Part shown: piece by piece, positions 19,984 through 28,439 of the stretch
Layout: every line of letters begins with the position of its first letter
How positions within the stretch are numbered: the first letter of the stretch is position 1
Assembly: GCA_041671565.1 (NCBI GenBank)
Contig: JBAZBH010000002.1
Coordinates: 32,000 to 95,999, forward strand
Origin: Patescibacteria group bacterium
GTDB taxonomy: Bacteria; Patescibacteriota; Patescibacteriia; JACRDY01
Reading direction: 5' to 3'
Length of the DNA: 64,000 nucleotides
Notes under the pieces: generated by a model
The model's database searches: none
Seen by the model: the letters and a program-made list of their open reading frames with translations, nothing else
What the model was told of the DNA's origin: nothing
Position numbers and translations under genes: made by a program

Positions 19984-20110
19984 TCTTCTCCGTACTTTAT
20001 ATCAAAGGCATTCAAGAGGATAAGTAAATCTTTTGAATTAGAGGTTAAGAACTGTAGTTTTGCCTTTTGCGTTGTGGTTTTGACTTTTGACTTTTGAGAT
20101 TTGACTTTAA
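19925..20110. repeat. palindromic intergenic element, 'agtcaaaaccaca' family (overlaps lgt 3' end)
   Basis: aaaactcaaaactcaaagctcgaaagtcaaaaccacagctcaaaac ... gcgttgtggttttgacttttgacttttgagatttgac. Confidence 0.8.
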
Positions 20111-20113
20111 TTT

Positions 20114-20575
20114 ATGATTCTCGCCGAAAACAAAAAAGCCCATTTTGACTATCAAATCCTCCAAAGCTGGGAGGCGGGTTTAGTTTTGGCTGGTTATGAG
20201 GTAAAGGCGGTCCGGGCCGGGCAAATTAGCCTGAAAGAGTCTTTTGTGGTGATTAATCTGAACCCGAAAACCAAGCGGCCGGAAGCGCGCCTCTTGAATT
20301 GCCATATCAATAAATACCAAAAAGCCGGGCCCCTGCCAGGCTACGATCCGACCCGCAGTCGGCGGTTACTCTTGCACCAGAAGGAAATCAATTCAATTTA
20401 TGGCAAAATTCAGCCAAAAGGCTTGACATTATTACCTTTAAGAGTGTATACTAAGGGCACTAAAATTAAAGTTGCCATCGGCCTCGGTCGCGGCAAAAAG
20501 CAGTTTGATAAACGCGCCGCCACCAAAAAACGCGAGGTGGACCGGACTTTAAAACGAAAATTGAAAAACCAATAA
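20114..20575 (+). CDS. smpB: SsrA-binding protein SmpB
   Basis: 153 aa; KKAHFDY...EAG.VL.G.EVKA...G...L.ESF N-terminal core and basic C-tail. Confidence 0.93.
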   Translation: MILAENKKAHFDYQILQSWEAGLVLAGYEVKAVRAGQISLKESFVVINLNPKTKRPEARLLNCHINKYQKAGPLPGYDPTRSRRLLLHQKEINSIYGKIQPKGLTLLPLRVYTKGTKIKVAIGLGRGKKQFDKRAATKKREVDRTLKRKLKNQ

Positions 20576-20665
20576 GCGCAGATACTCACAGATAGGCACA
20601 GATTTTCACGGATAAATTATCTGTGTAAATCTGTGCTGATCTGCGCCTATCTGTGTTCTTAAAAT
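20576..20665. repeat. 'cacagat' palindromic element (left flank of tmRNA)
   Basis: cagatactcacagataggcacagatttt ... atctgtgtaaatctgtgctgatctgcgcctatctgtg. Confidence 0.8.
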
Positions 20666-20667
20666 AA

Positions 20668-21068
20668 GGGGATGCCGGGTTTCGCTTGCAAGTTTACCCC
20701 ACTCTTTTGCCAGCCGAGCGCTCCCGAGCAACTCGTTAAACCGTTTGGGAAAGGACAAATGTCAACTTGTTCAACCAGGCTAAAAACGCGATCGCTTCGG
20801 CGTTCCGCGTTCCGGCCTTGGCTTCAGTCGTTGCCTAATTGCGACGGCTCATCGGTTCCCGATGTCTAATAGGGGAAAACCGGTGTTATAATTTAGACTC
20901 GGTTTAGGCGGCCGTTTGACTGCCTAATCCTAACTTGACTCAAACTCGGCTCACGGCGGATTTTGCCTGTTTCCTACCGCCGCGGCTTAAAAAACAACAA
21001 AACCGGCTAAGCTAGTAGAGTAAAGAGCGCGGTCTTGTAAGACGCGGGTTCAACTCCCGCCATCTCCA
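20668..21068 (+). ncRNA. ssrA: tmRNA (ssrA)
   Basis: begins GGGGATG and ends with tRNA-like T-arm/acceptor GGTTCAACTCCCGCCATCTCCA (acceptor pairs with the 5' end; CCA not encoded); directly downstream of smpB; a spurious 65-aa ORF overlies it. Confidence 0.8.
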
Positions 21069-21185
21069 TTTTAAAACACAGATTTACACAGATACTCACA
21101 GATAGGCACAGATTTACACAGATAATTTATCCGTGGAAATCTGTGCTGATCTGTGTAAATCTGTGCTTTAATCTGTGTCCTAATT
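21069..21185. repeat. 'cacagat' palindromic element (right flank of tmRNA)
   Basis: cacagatttacacagatactcacagataggcacagatttacacagat ... atctgtgctgatctgtgtaaatctgtgc. Confidence 0.8.
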
Positions 21186-21186
21186 T

Positions 21187-21729
21187 ATGCGTAAAAGTTA
21201 TCATCGTCGGCCGGACAAGGCGATTATCCCGATTTTTTGGGCTAATGAAAAAATTCGCGCGAGCGAGGTGCGTTTGATTGACGAAAAACAGCAAATGATT
21301 GGCGTGGTCAGTATCACCGAAGCGCGCCGGTTAGCCGAGGAAGCCGGTTTAGACCTGGTGGAAGTTTCGCCCAAAGCCCAACCGCCGGTTTGCAAAATCA
21401 TGGATCTCGGCTCGTTTAAATACCAAAAAGAAAAAGAGGCCAAAGCCCAGAAGCAAAAGCAAAAAGTCGCCGAAATCAAAGGCATCCGGTTATCTTTCAA
21501 AATTGGCGACCATGACCGCGAGGTGCGCTTGCACCAGGCCCAGAAGTTTATCGCCGAGGACAACAAAGTAAAAATTGAAATAATTTTAAAAGGCCGGGAA
21601 CGGCAGTATACCGATTTGGCGCAGACGATTATCAAGGATTTTGTCCGCGATCTAGGCAAAGTTAAAGTCGAACAGCCATTTGCCAAACAACAGGGCAAAC
21701 TAAGCATGGTCGTGGCGCCGGATAAATAA
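21187..21729 (+). CDS. infC: translation initiation factor IF-3
   Basis: IRASEVRLIDEKQQMIGVVSITEARRLAEEAGLDLVEVSP...PPVCKIMD is a classic IF3 N-domain; C-domain follows. Confidence 0.9.
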   Translation: MRKSYHRRPDKAIIPIFWANEKIRASEVRLIDEKQQMIGVVSITEARRLAEEAGLDLVEVSPKAQPPVCKIMDLGSFKYQKEKEAKAQKQKQKVAEIKGIRLSFKIGDHDREVRLHQAQKFIAEDNKVKIEIILKGRERQYTDLAQTIIKDFVRDLGKVKVEQPFAKQQGKLSMVVAPDK

Positions 21730-21789
21730 ATTAGACCATCGGGTTAGTTATTTAATAATTTTCATTGAGGTAATTTGTGGAATTAATTT

Positions 21790-21862
21790 TTTTAACCACC
21801 CGGCTTGAAAGCGATGCGAATGCTACGAATTGCATGCGAATGCTACTAATAATAAGGTAATT
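21790..21862. repeat. half-copy of the 'gcgatgcgaatgctacgaatt' element
   Basis: gaaagcgatgcgaatgctacgaattgcatgcgaatgctac; full palindromic copy at 52160-52300; other half-copy at 783-832. Confidence 0.7.
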
Positions 21863-21885
21863 AAATTAAAAATAGCGATTTTATT

Positions 21886-22098
21886 ATGCCAAAACTTAAA
21901 ACCCACCAAAGCGTGGCCAAAAGAATTAAAGTTACCAAAAAAGGCAAATTGATCCAACGCCGCGGCGGCCAGGACCATTTTAATTCCCACGAACGGGGCA
22001 ATACCACCCGCAACAAGCGCCGGGATATGACCACGGACAAAACCGAGCAGGCTAACATGCGCCGGGGAATGCCTTATGCCAGCAAAAAACGCAGTTAA
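21886..22098 (+). CDS. rpmI: 50S ribosomal protein L35
   Basis: MPKLKTHQSVAKRIKVTKKGK start; 70 aa. Confidence 0.9.
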   Translation: MPKLKTHQSVAKRIKVTKKGKLIQRRGGQDHFNSHERGNTTRNKRRDMTTDKTEQANMRRGMPYASKKRS

Positions 22099-22151
22099 TA
22101 AAACCTCAAAATTAGTTAATTTAGAAAATTCGACTTTAAAACAACCAATTT

Positions 22152-22499
22152 ATGCCTAGAGTAAAACGAGGCGTCCAACACGCCAAAACCCGCCGCAACC
22201 TGCTGAAGCGGGTTAAAGGCTACCAATACGGGCGGAAAAATTTACCCAAACAAGCTCATCCGGCGGTCCTCAAAGCCGGCGTTCACGCTTATGTCGGCCG
22301 GAAGAAAAAGAAACGGGACTACCGCGGTTTGTGGCAGATCCGCATCAGCGCCGCTGTCAAAGAGCAGGGGCTGAGCTACAGCAAGTTTATGGGCCTCTTG
22401 CACAAGAAAAATATTGCCCTTGACCGCAAAGTGCTCGCCCAGCTGGCGGCTGAACATCCGGCAATTTTTGCCGCGATTGTCGCCGAGGTCAAGAAATAA
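22152..22499 (+). CDS. rplT: 50S ribosomal protein L20
   Basis: MPRVKRGVQHAKTRR...RDYRGLWQIRISAA; 115 aa. Confidence 0.95.
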   Translation: MPRVKRGVQHAKTRRNLLKRVKGYQYGRKNLPKQAHPAVLKAGVHAYVGRKKKKRDYRGLWQIRISAAVKEQGLSYSKFMGLLHKKNIALDRKVLAQLAAEHPAIFAAIVAEVKK

Positions 22500-22520
22500 G
22501 ATTTTAACTTCAAAATAAAA

Positions 22521-22549
22521 AAGCCCCGAGTAATCGGGGCCTTTTTTAT
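22521..22549 (+). terminator. rho-independent terminator after rplT
   Basis: gccccga-gtaa-tcggggc stem followed by cttttttatt. Confidence 0.8.
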
Positions 22550-22574
22550 TCTAATAAGGCGTAGTTAACGAAGT

Positions 22575-22735
22575 AGATTCCCGTAGGGGCAATTCATGAA
22601 TTGCCCCTACCTGTCGTCAATCAAACAAACCCGTCCCGTTCAGTTGAAAACTGGTCGTACGGTCGTAGGGACAGGTCGCGACCTGTCCCTACAAAACAAA
22701 AACCGCCGGCGATAGGCCAGCGGTGTTTTTTTATC
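22575..22735. other. cluster of three further strong hairpins between convergent genes
   Basis: gtaggggcaattcatgaattgcccctac; gtagggacaggtcgcgacctgtccctac (share gtaggg/ccctac arms); ccgccggcgataggccagcgg followed by T7 (terminator-like, possibly bidirectional). Confidence 0.6.
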
Positions 22736-22741
22736 AATTTC

Positions 22742-23332
22742 TTAAAACAGTTTTTTAAACCAGCGGCTGATTGACCTTAGCGCGCCGCCTTTTTCCGTCG
22801 ACTCCGGTTCTGTCTCTCCCGGCTCATCGGCTTTGTTTCGGGCTGATTCCATGTCGGCAATTTCTTCTTGCAGTTGATAGATGGTTTTTAAATCTCTTTT
22901 GCCCGGCTCTCGATATTTGGCCATTAAAGTATCTCGCTTGCCTTTTAATTGACCGGATCTACTTTGTTCGCCTTTGGCTGGTTGTCGGTCGAGCAGATCT
23001 TCATGAATCTCATCCAGACTGCCTCGTTTTTTAATAATATTGCTTCCATCACTCTGATTTTTTAGAACCGGTTCGTCCCAGGTTTTTTCTTGGGTTTTTA
23101 TCCTGTCAGGCAGTTCTGCCGGGGGCGTATCGGTTTCTTCTAGTTTTTTGATTTTAAGCTTTAATTCGGCCATTCTCGCCTGATTCTGTTTTCTTTTAGG
23201 TAGTTTTTCTTGGGCGGCCAGTTCTTTTTTATGGAAATTTAAACTATACCTTTCCATGGCAGTTAAAGTATTAGGGTTTTTCTTCTCGCGAGGGGTGTGA
23301 AGTTTAGGAGTTTCAAAGGCTTTGTCTATCAT
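22742..23332 (-). CDS. hypothetical highly charged (Lys/Glu-rich) protein, probably coiled-coil
   Basis: 196-aa ORF on minus strand; no recognisable domain. Confidence 0.45.
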   Translation of the reverse strand: MIDKAFETPKLHTPREKKNPNTLTAMERYSLNFHKKELAAQEKLPKRKQNQARMAELKLKIKKLEETDTPPAELPDRIKTQEKTWDEPVLKNQSDGSNIIKKRGSLDEIHEDLLDRQPAKGEQSRSGQLKGKRDTLMAKYREPGKRDLKTIYQLQEEIADMESARNKADEPGETEPESTEKGGALRSISRWFKKLF

Positions 23333-23446
23333 AGGAAATAGCGGTTAGTTTTTAGCTAATTTAATCATAAGATAAACTTGGGTTTTTTACAAGGGGTCAG
23401 TATTATAGTAATTAAAAAACACCTTTTAGATAAAGGCGTCTTTTAA

Positions 23447-23536
23447 GCGGACCCTGTCCGCCGACTCGGCGGATGATCTTCTCCGTGATCCGCCGCGGCG
23501 GATTAACCGCTATGCCGCTAACCTTAGAATCACCAT
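23447..23536 (-). other. tRNA-like remnant related to the adjacent tRNA-Asp
   Basis: minus strand contains ATCACGGAGAAGATCA (near-identical to tRNA-Asp anticodon-stem/variable region) and a GGACAGGGTCCGC 3' end, but with TCCGCCG-cggcgga and tccgccg-agt-cggcgga perfect hairpins instead of D/T arms; no cloverleaf could be folded. Confidence 0.4.
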
Positions 23537-23581
23537 ATTTTATCAATGAAAAAACATCGTACCAAGACGATGCTTTCTCAG

Positions 23582-23655
23582 CGGACCCGGCCGGATTCGA
23601 ACCGGTGATCTTCTCCGTGACAGGGAGACATGTTAACCGCTACACCACGGGTCCA
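23582..23655 (-). tRNA. tRNA-Asp (anticodon GTC)
   Basis: minus-strand GGACCCG/CGGGTCC acceptor, D-arm GTGT-AGCGGTTAAC-ACAT, anticodon arm TCTCC-CTGTCAC-GGAGA, T-loop TTCGAAT; one A49:C65 mismatch in T-stem. Confidence 0.8.
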
Positions 23656-23757
23656 AAATGTAAAAACTGTTGCTTATTATAGAAAAACTTAAGCTTGATG
23701 TCAACTGTTAAGACTGGTTTGTCCTCGTCGCCATTTTATTGTATAATAATCTTAATT

Positions 23758-24828
23758 ATGTCCAGAACCACTAAAATCGAAGTTTCTACCGGCTCGCTGC
23801 TTAAGGCCGTCGGCGTGGTTTTGGCTTTTTGGTTCCTTTTTTTGATTAAGGGGATTTTGGGAATTCTGTTCGTGGCGGTGGTTTTGGCGTCGGCCTTGGA
23901 TCCAATCGTGATTTGGCTGACGCGCCGCAAAATTCCGCGGCTCTTGGCAGTCATGATTATTTATATTTTAGTTTTGTCTTTGATCAGCCTGGTGATTATT
24001 TTGCTTTGGCCGGCGGTGACCACGCAGATTCAAAATTTAGCTTCCAACTTTCCGGCTTATTGGCAAAAGATTTCAGAGGGCATTTCCGCCTTGGAAAATT
24101 ACTCGGCGGAATACGGCGTTGCCACCACGGTGCAAAACAGCCTTAATCAAGCTGAGCAATTCTTCACCGCCAGCGGCCAGGGTGTTTTCACGGTTCTCGC
24201 TAATGTCTTCGGCGGATTAATGTCATTTTTGGTGATCATGGTGATAACTTTTTATTTGCTCTTGGAAGAAAGTTCCACCAAAAAGATTTTGCGGTTTGTC
24301 GCGCCGGCGCGGTATCAGCCTTATATCACCCGGCTGCTTTTCAAAATGCGCGATAAAATCGGCCGTTGGCTCCGCGGGCAAATTATTTTGTCGTTGATTA
24401 TCGCTTTGATTGTTTACTTGGGACTAAATATCCTTGGCATCTTTGTGCCGGTTTTTGCCAAATACGCGCTGGTGCTGGCGCTACTCGCGTTTCTATTCGA
24501 GTTTATTCCTTATCTGGGACCGATTTTGGCGGCGCTACCGGCGGTCTTTATCGGTTTGACACAGAGCCTGGTGATTGCCGGCGGCGTCTTGGGTGGCTAT
24601 ATGGTGATGCAATGGCTGGAGAATAATCTCATCGTGCCGCAGGTGATGAAGCGAGCGACTGGGCTGAATCCGATTATTGTCATTATCGCTTTGATGATTG
24701 GCGCCGAAATTGGCGGGATCGTCGGCATGGCCCTCGCTATTCCGGTAACGACCGCGTTGGTGGTAATGATTGAAGAGGTTTCCCGTGAGTTAGACCAAAA
24801 AGAGTTAACTGAAGAGGAAGTTGATTAA
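23758..24828 (+). CDS. AI-2E family transporter (PerM/UPF0118)
   Basis: 8 TM topology with conserved FIPYLGPILAALPAVFIGL and C-terminal cytoplasmic segment; ATG 23758 preferred over track start 23695. Confidence 0.75.
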   Translation: MSRTTKIEVSTGSLLKAVGVVLAFWFLFLIKGILGILFVAVVLASALDPIVIWLTRRKIPRLLAVMIIYILVLSLISLVIILLWPAVTTQIQNLASNFPAYWQKISEGISALENYSAEYGVATTVQNSLNQAEQFFTASGQGVFTVLANVFGGLMSFLVIMVITFYLLLEESSTKKILRFVAPARYQPYITRLLFKMRDKIGRWLRGQIILSLIIALIVYLGLNILGIFVPVFAKYALVLALLAFLFEFIPYLGPILAALPAVFIGLTQSLVIAGGVLGGYMVMQWLENNLIVPQVMKRATGLNPIIVIIALMIGAEIGGIVGMALAIPVTTALVVMIEEVSRELDQKELTEEEVD

Positions 24829-24842
24829 ACAGCTGATAAGCC

Positions 24843-24950
24843 GATAGGTTGATAAGTCGTTAGGTTGTTAGGTAGTTAGGTTTGCGGCCCGAAGGGCCGC
24901 CGTAACGACCTAACGACCTAACAACTTAACGACCTAACCACTAAAACCAT
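24843..24950. repeat. long palindrome of 'gttagg' units with central GC hairpin
   Basis: gataggttgataagtcgttaggttgttaggtagttaggtttgcggcccgaagggccgccgtaacgacctaacgacctaacaacttaacgacctaacc. Confidence 0.8.
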
Positions 24951-25415
24951 GAAAAACTTTTTTAATAGCCGGTTGGTATTTATTTTTATTTTGATTATAG
25001 CCACCGCCAGCGTGGTTTTAATTATCGCCGGCCGCAGTGATTGGCGCGGTGAAATTGGCGAACCGGTTGCTGGCGCTAAGTTGCCGGTGAAGTCAGCCCG
25101 GACAAACTGAAAACCGACTATGAACAGGCGGCTAAAGCCTTGCTTTTGCCGTATTTTAACCGGCAAAAAACCGCGCCGCTCGTTTCCGCAGGCGAGCCGG
25201 CGGCGGATTTGGCCGGGTGGCAGGAATTGGCTGACAAAACCAAAAGCCAGCTTCTGGACCTGCGCGTGCCGGAAGTTTATAAAGAGCTTCATCTGCAATT
25301 GGTTTTGGATTTTGACCAATTGGGCAGAGCGGCTACCGCCGAAAGTGAAAGCATGGTTGCCCTGCAAAAGAAAATCAGTGATTTGGTAACGGCATATCCT
25401 TGGCTAAATCAATAG
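24949..25415 (+). pseudogene. possible frameshifted gene for a small N-terminally anchored protein
   Basis: ORF 24949-25110 (MKNFFNSRLVFIFILIIATASVVLIIAG...) stops where an overlapping frame (25080-25415) opens with no ATG; the two pieces overlap by ~30 nt. Confidence 0.3.
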
Positions 25416-25417
25416 TT

Positions 25418-26128
25418 ATGACCAGAATTGAAACTGGCTTGCCGGCTGATAATTATGGCGGGGCGGATTTAAGGGAACCGATTAAAGCCGAAGCCCCTGC
25501 CTGGCGGCCGGAACAGAAGGCTATCCGCCACCGGTCTTTTTTTAGTTGCTTTAACTGTTTGGGCATAGCCGTTTTATTTTTTGCCGTAGTGGTCGGCGGA
25601 GCCGCTGTCGTTGCCGCCCGGACCGGCCTGGTGTCGCTGCCGGTTTTAACGGCTTTAGTTTATCAGCCGCCGGAGCCAATCCATTGGGTGAAAAATAACG
25701 CGCCGCGGCCGCTGCCGAATTTAACCGCGCCCGCTAGCCGCCTGGTTTTAGACGAGGCGAGCCTGACCAAATCTTTGCAAGGCAGTGTCCAAGAATTTAA
25801 TCTCAGCCAGGAACGATTGCAAATTCGGCTGGCGCAAGTGGCGATTGAGCCGGATAATTTGGAAATTTTTGCGCAGTTTTCCCGGCCGGCCGGCGGTTAT
25901 CTGTCGTTTGAGCTTGCCCCGCGCCTCGCCAACGGGAAGTTGATTTTTATTGTAAAAAAGATTAAACTGGGTCAACTCGGCTTGCCGCGCTGGCTGGGCG
26001 GCATCGCGCTGGAACAGCTGTTGAATAGCCAATTAGATGAGCTTTTAGCCGGTTCGCCGATGGTTTTTAAGGCCGTGGCGTTGGAAACCGGGCGATTAAT
26101 TATCGATCTTGAACCGGCGGTAAAATAA
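25418..26128 (+). CDS. hypothetical membrane-anchored protein
   Basis: one TM (FFSCFNCLGIAVLFFAVVVGGAAVVAA) then ~170-aa soluble domain; ATG 25418 follows upstream stop directly. Confidence 0.45.
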   Translation: MTRIETGLPADNYGGADLREPIKAEAPAWRPEQKAIRHRSFFSCFNCLGIAVLFFAVVVGGAAVVAARTGLVSLPVLTALVYQPPEPIHWVKNNAPRPLPNLTAPASRLVLDEASLTKSLQGSVQEFNLSQERLQIRLAQVAIEPDNLEIFAQFSRPAGGYLSFELAPRLANGKLIFIVKKIKLGQLGLPRWLGGIALEQLLNSQLDELLAGSPMVFKAVALETGRLIIDLEPAVK

Positions 26129-26131
26129 GTT

Positions 26132-26929
26132 ATGATTAATTTAATTTACAAAAAAGCGGTGGTGTGGCTTTGCCCGATTGCCTTAATCATCCTTTGGGAA
26201 GAATGGCTTAATTTCCCGCGGGCGGTTTTAGAAGTTGGCCTCTGCAGCTTTTTAATTCTCGGCGGCGCGGTCTGGTATCTGACCTGGCGGCCGGTGGCGG
26301 TGCGGGAATTGCAAACTAACTGGCATCGGCAAGAATTTTGGCGCTTTGCCATTACTCCCGGGTTTTTTCTTTTGTCGGTCTATTTGTTTTTGCTGATTAT
26401 TGAGAATCGGGCGGCCGAGCACTTCTTAATTTTGGGCGCCAATTTGATCTTGTGGTTGATTTTACAAAATCTTTTTGACCGGTTTTACCGCAGTAACAAC
26501 TATCCGGCCAGCTCATTTGAAACCATCAGCGGGAATGTCAATAGCCTGTCGCTGTTTTTTTTGGTAACGGTGTGGTATAGTTTTTCCACCTTTTTGGATT
26601 TGCCGGTTTGGCAGTTGGCGTTGATGTTGGTCTTAACGGTGGTATTTTTGACTTATCAGATTATGTGGATTTCCGGCCTGACTTTTAAGGCCAGCTGGTT
26701 TTACCTGGTGATTATTGTCCTGATTGCCGTCGAGTTTTTTTGGGTGATGCTGTTTTTACCCAATACTTTCTATGTCAAAGCGATGGCGCTGACCGTAGCG
26801 TATTATCTTGCCAGCAACTTGTCCCGCAACCATTTACTCGGCCTTTTGACCCCCAAAATGGTTTGGCGCTATTTGGCGGTGGGCGGGGGGGTGTTGGTGG
26901 TGGTTTTGGTGACGGCGCAATGGCTGTGA
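26132..26929 (+). CDS. hypothetical polytopic membrane protein
   Basis: 8 or more hydrophobic helices; no recognised motif. Confidence 0.45.
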   Translation: MINLIYKKAVVWLCPIALIILWEEWLNFPRAVLEVGLCSFLILGGAVWYLTWRPVAVRELQTNWHRQEFWRFAITPGFFLLSVYLFLLIIENRAAEHFLILGANLILWLILQNLFDRFYRSNNYPASSFETISGNVNSLSLFFLVTVWYSFSTFLDLPVWQLALMLVLTVVFLTYQIMWISGLTFKASWFYLVIIVLIAVEFFWVMLFLPNTFYVKAMALTVAYYLASNLSRNHLLGLLTPKMVWRYLAVGGGVLVVVLVTAQWL

Positions 26930-27180
26930 GGCAGGATTTAAGATTTGGGATTTAATAGGATTTAAAGAAATTCGGCAATTCAAGTTTAAACCTTTAATTA
27001 TCGTTTAAAGTTCAAAACCCTAAGTTCAAGGTTCAAATCAAGTTCAAAGATCAAAAGGTGCCAGAGTTTTAGTCTTTGAACTTGATTTGAACTTTGCACT
27101 TTGAACTTTGGATTTTTAACCAAGTTATACCGCTAAGATGCTAATTTACAGGCATTCTTAAATCCTAAATCTATTGAATT
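26925..27180. repeat. nested palindromic intergenic element (gatttaa outer / ttcaaag inner)
   Basis: ggatttaagatttgggatttaa ... aagttcaaaaccctaagttcaaggttcaaatcaagttcaaagatcaaaagg ... ctttgaacttgatttgaactttgcactttgaactttgg ... cattcttaaatcctaaatc. Confidence 0.8.
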
Positions 27181-28437
27181 ATGTTTAATAAAATAGTCAA
27201 AAAACTATTCCCCGGCGAACGGCCGACTTGGCAACTTTGGGCGCTGATCGTGGTTCTGGTGTCGGTTTTTGGCTTGCTCGCGGGCTTGGGCGGTCAAATG
27301 CTCGGTAATCAGATTTTATGGCGTTATTCGGCGGGTAACCAGCAACTGGTGGAGTTAAATAACAGTTTTTATGAACTCCTGTCCAAGTATAATTTTTTGG
27401 GCACTGCCGATCAACCGGGAGCCTGGGAGTTGGTCATCCGCCGGCCGGAGTCCGCGGCCGGTTTGACGGCCGTGAACCAAGTGGAAGCCGGGGCATTGCA
27501 AAGCAGTTTAAAGCAGGGGACAGTTACTTTTTTCAATAAAGCCAAGGTGGCCAGCCGCGATCCGCTCGCGGCGGTTTATCGGCCGAGCGAGGCGCTGGGG
27601 CGCGGGTTCATCTTGACGACCGATGGTTGGCTAGTGACCACCAGTCAAGTTTTGTCGGGGTCGTTGCAATCTCAAGTGGCGGTGGGCGCCGATGGTGTCG
27701 CCTATAAATTGGAAAAAATTATTCGCGATCCGCTGACTTCGGCGGTGTTGGTCAAAATTGCGGCGAATAATTTGCCGCTCCTTAATCTAGGTGAAGAAAA
27801 ATTGTCGCCGATTGGCGGCGCGCTGGTAGCTCTCACTGCCGACGGCGGCGTGAAAGTGGCGACTATTGAAAATAATGATTATCGTCCAGCCAATAAAAGT
27901 TTGAGCGATTTGGCGGTTTCCTCAGAAAGCTTAAGCGAGTATTATCTTGCCGGTAGCGCCTGGGATAATGTTCTGCCTGGCGAGCCGACGGTTGATCAGA
28001 ATGGGCGAGTCAACGGCTTAACGGCAACGGTTGCCGGCCGGCAGATGATTTTGCCTTTATTCAATTTTCAAAAGCAAATCAGTCAAGCTTTGAAGCAGGG
28101 CAAATTTGTGCGAGCCAAACTGGGAGTCGATTACTTAAACCTGGCGCAGATTAATCTTGATAGTTTGGCAGTGAAAGCTTTGGCCGGGCGGCGGGCCGGA
28201 GCTTTGATCTATAGCAATTCGGCTTATGGGCGAGCTGGCGTTAAGCCCGGCAGTCCGGCGGCCGCGGCCGGCCTTTTAGTCGGTGATATAATCTTGCAGG
28301 TGGAAGGGGAAAAAGTCGGTCAGCCAAAAGATTTAAGCCAGTTGATCCAGAGTTACAACGCGGACCAGGAAATCGAGTTAACGATTGTCCGCAGTGGGGA
28401 GGAGAAGAAAGTTAAAGTGAAGTTGGGGGAACTATAA
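27181..28437 (+). CDS. HtrA-like trypsin-fold protein with C-terminal PDZ domain, apparently lacking the catalytic His and Ser
   Basis: N-terminal TM; GRGFILTTDGWLVTTSQV aligns to HtrA GSGFII..G.ILTNAHV but His is replaced by Ser-Gln; no GNSGG motif; clear PDZ (GALIYSNSAYGRAGVKPGSPAAAAGLLVGDIILQVEG). Confidence 0.5.
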   Translation: MFNKIVKKLFPGERPTWQLWALIVVLVSVFGLLAGLGGQMLGNQILWRYSAGNQQLVELNNSFYELLSKYNFLGTADQPGAWELVIRRPESAAGLTAVNQVEAGALQSSLKQGTVTFFNKAKVASRDPLAAVYRPSEALGRGFILTTDGWLVTTSQVLSGSLQSQVAVGADGVAYKLEKIIRDPLTSAVLVKIAANNLPLLNLGEEKLSPIGGALVALTADGGVKVATIENNDYRPANKSLSDLAVSSESLSEYYLAGSAWDNVLPGEPTVDQNGRVNGLTATVAGRQMILPLFNFQKQISQALKQGKFVRAKLGVDYLNLAQINLDSLAVKALAGRRAGALIYSNSAYGRAGVKPGSPAAAAGLLVGDIILQVEGEKVGQPKDLSQLIQSYNADQEIELTIVRSGEEKKVKVKLGEL

Positions 28438-28439
28438 AA

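Noticed and set aside
20672-20869. 65-aa plus-strand ORF
   Set aside because: It lies entirely inside the tmRNA gene.
23473-23682. 69-aa plus-strand ORF
   Set aside because: It overlaps tRNA-Asp and the tRNA-like element on the opposite strand. No RBS is present.
25120-25389. 89-aa ORF
   Set aside because: It is off-frame with respect to the protein-like reading 25080..25415 and has a Cys/Trp/Arg-rich non-protein composition.
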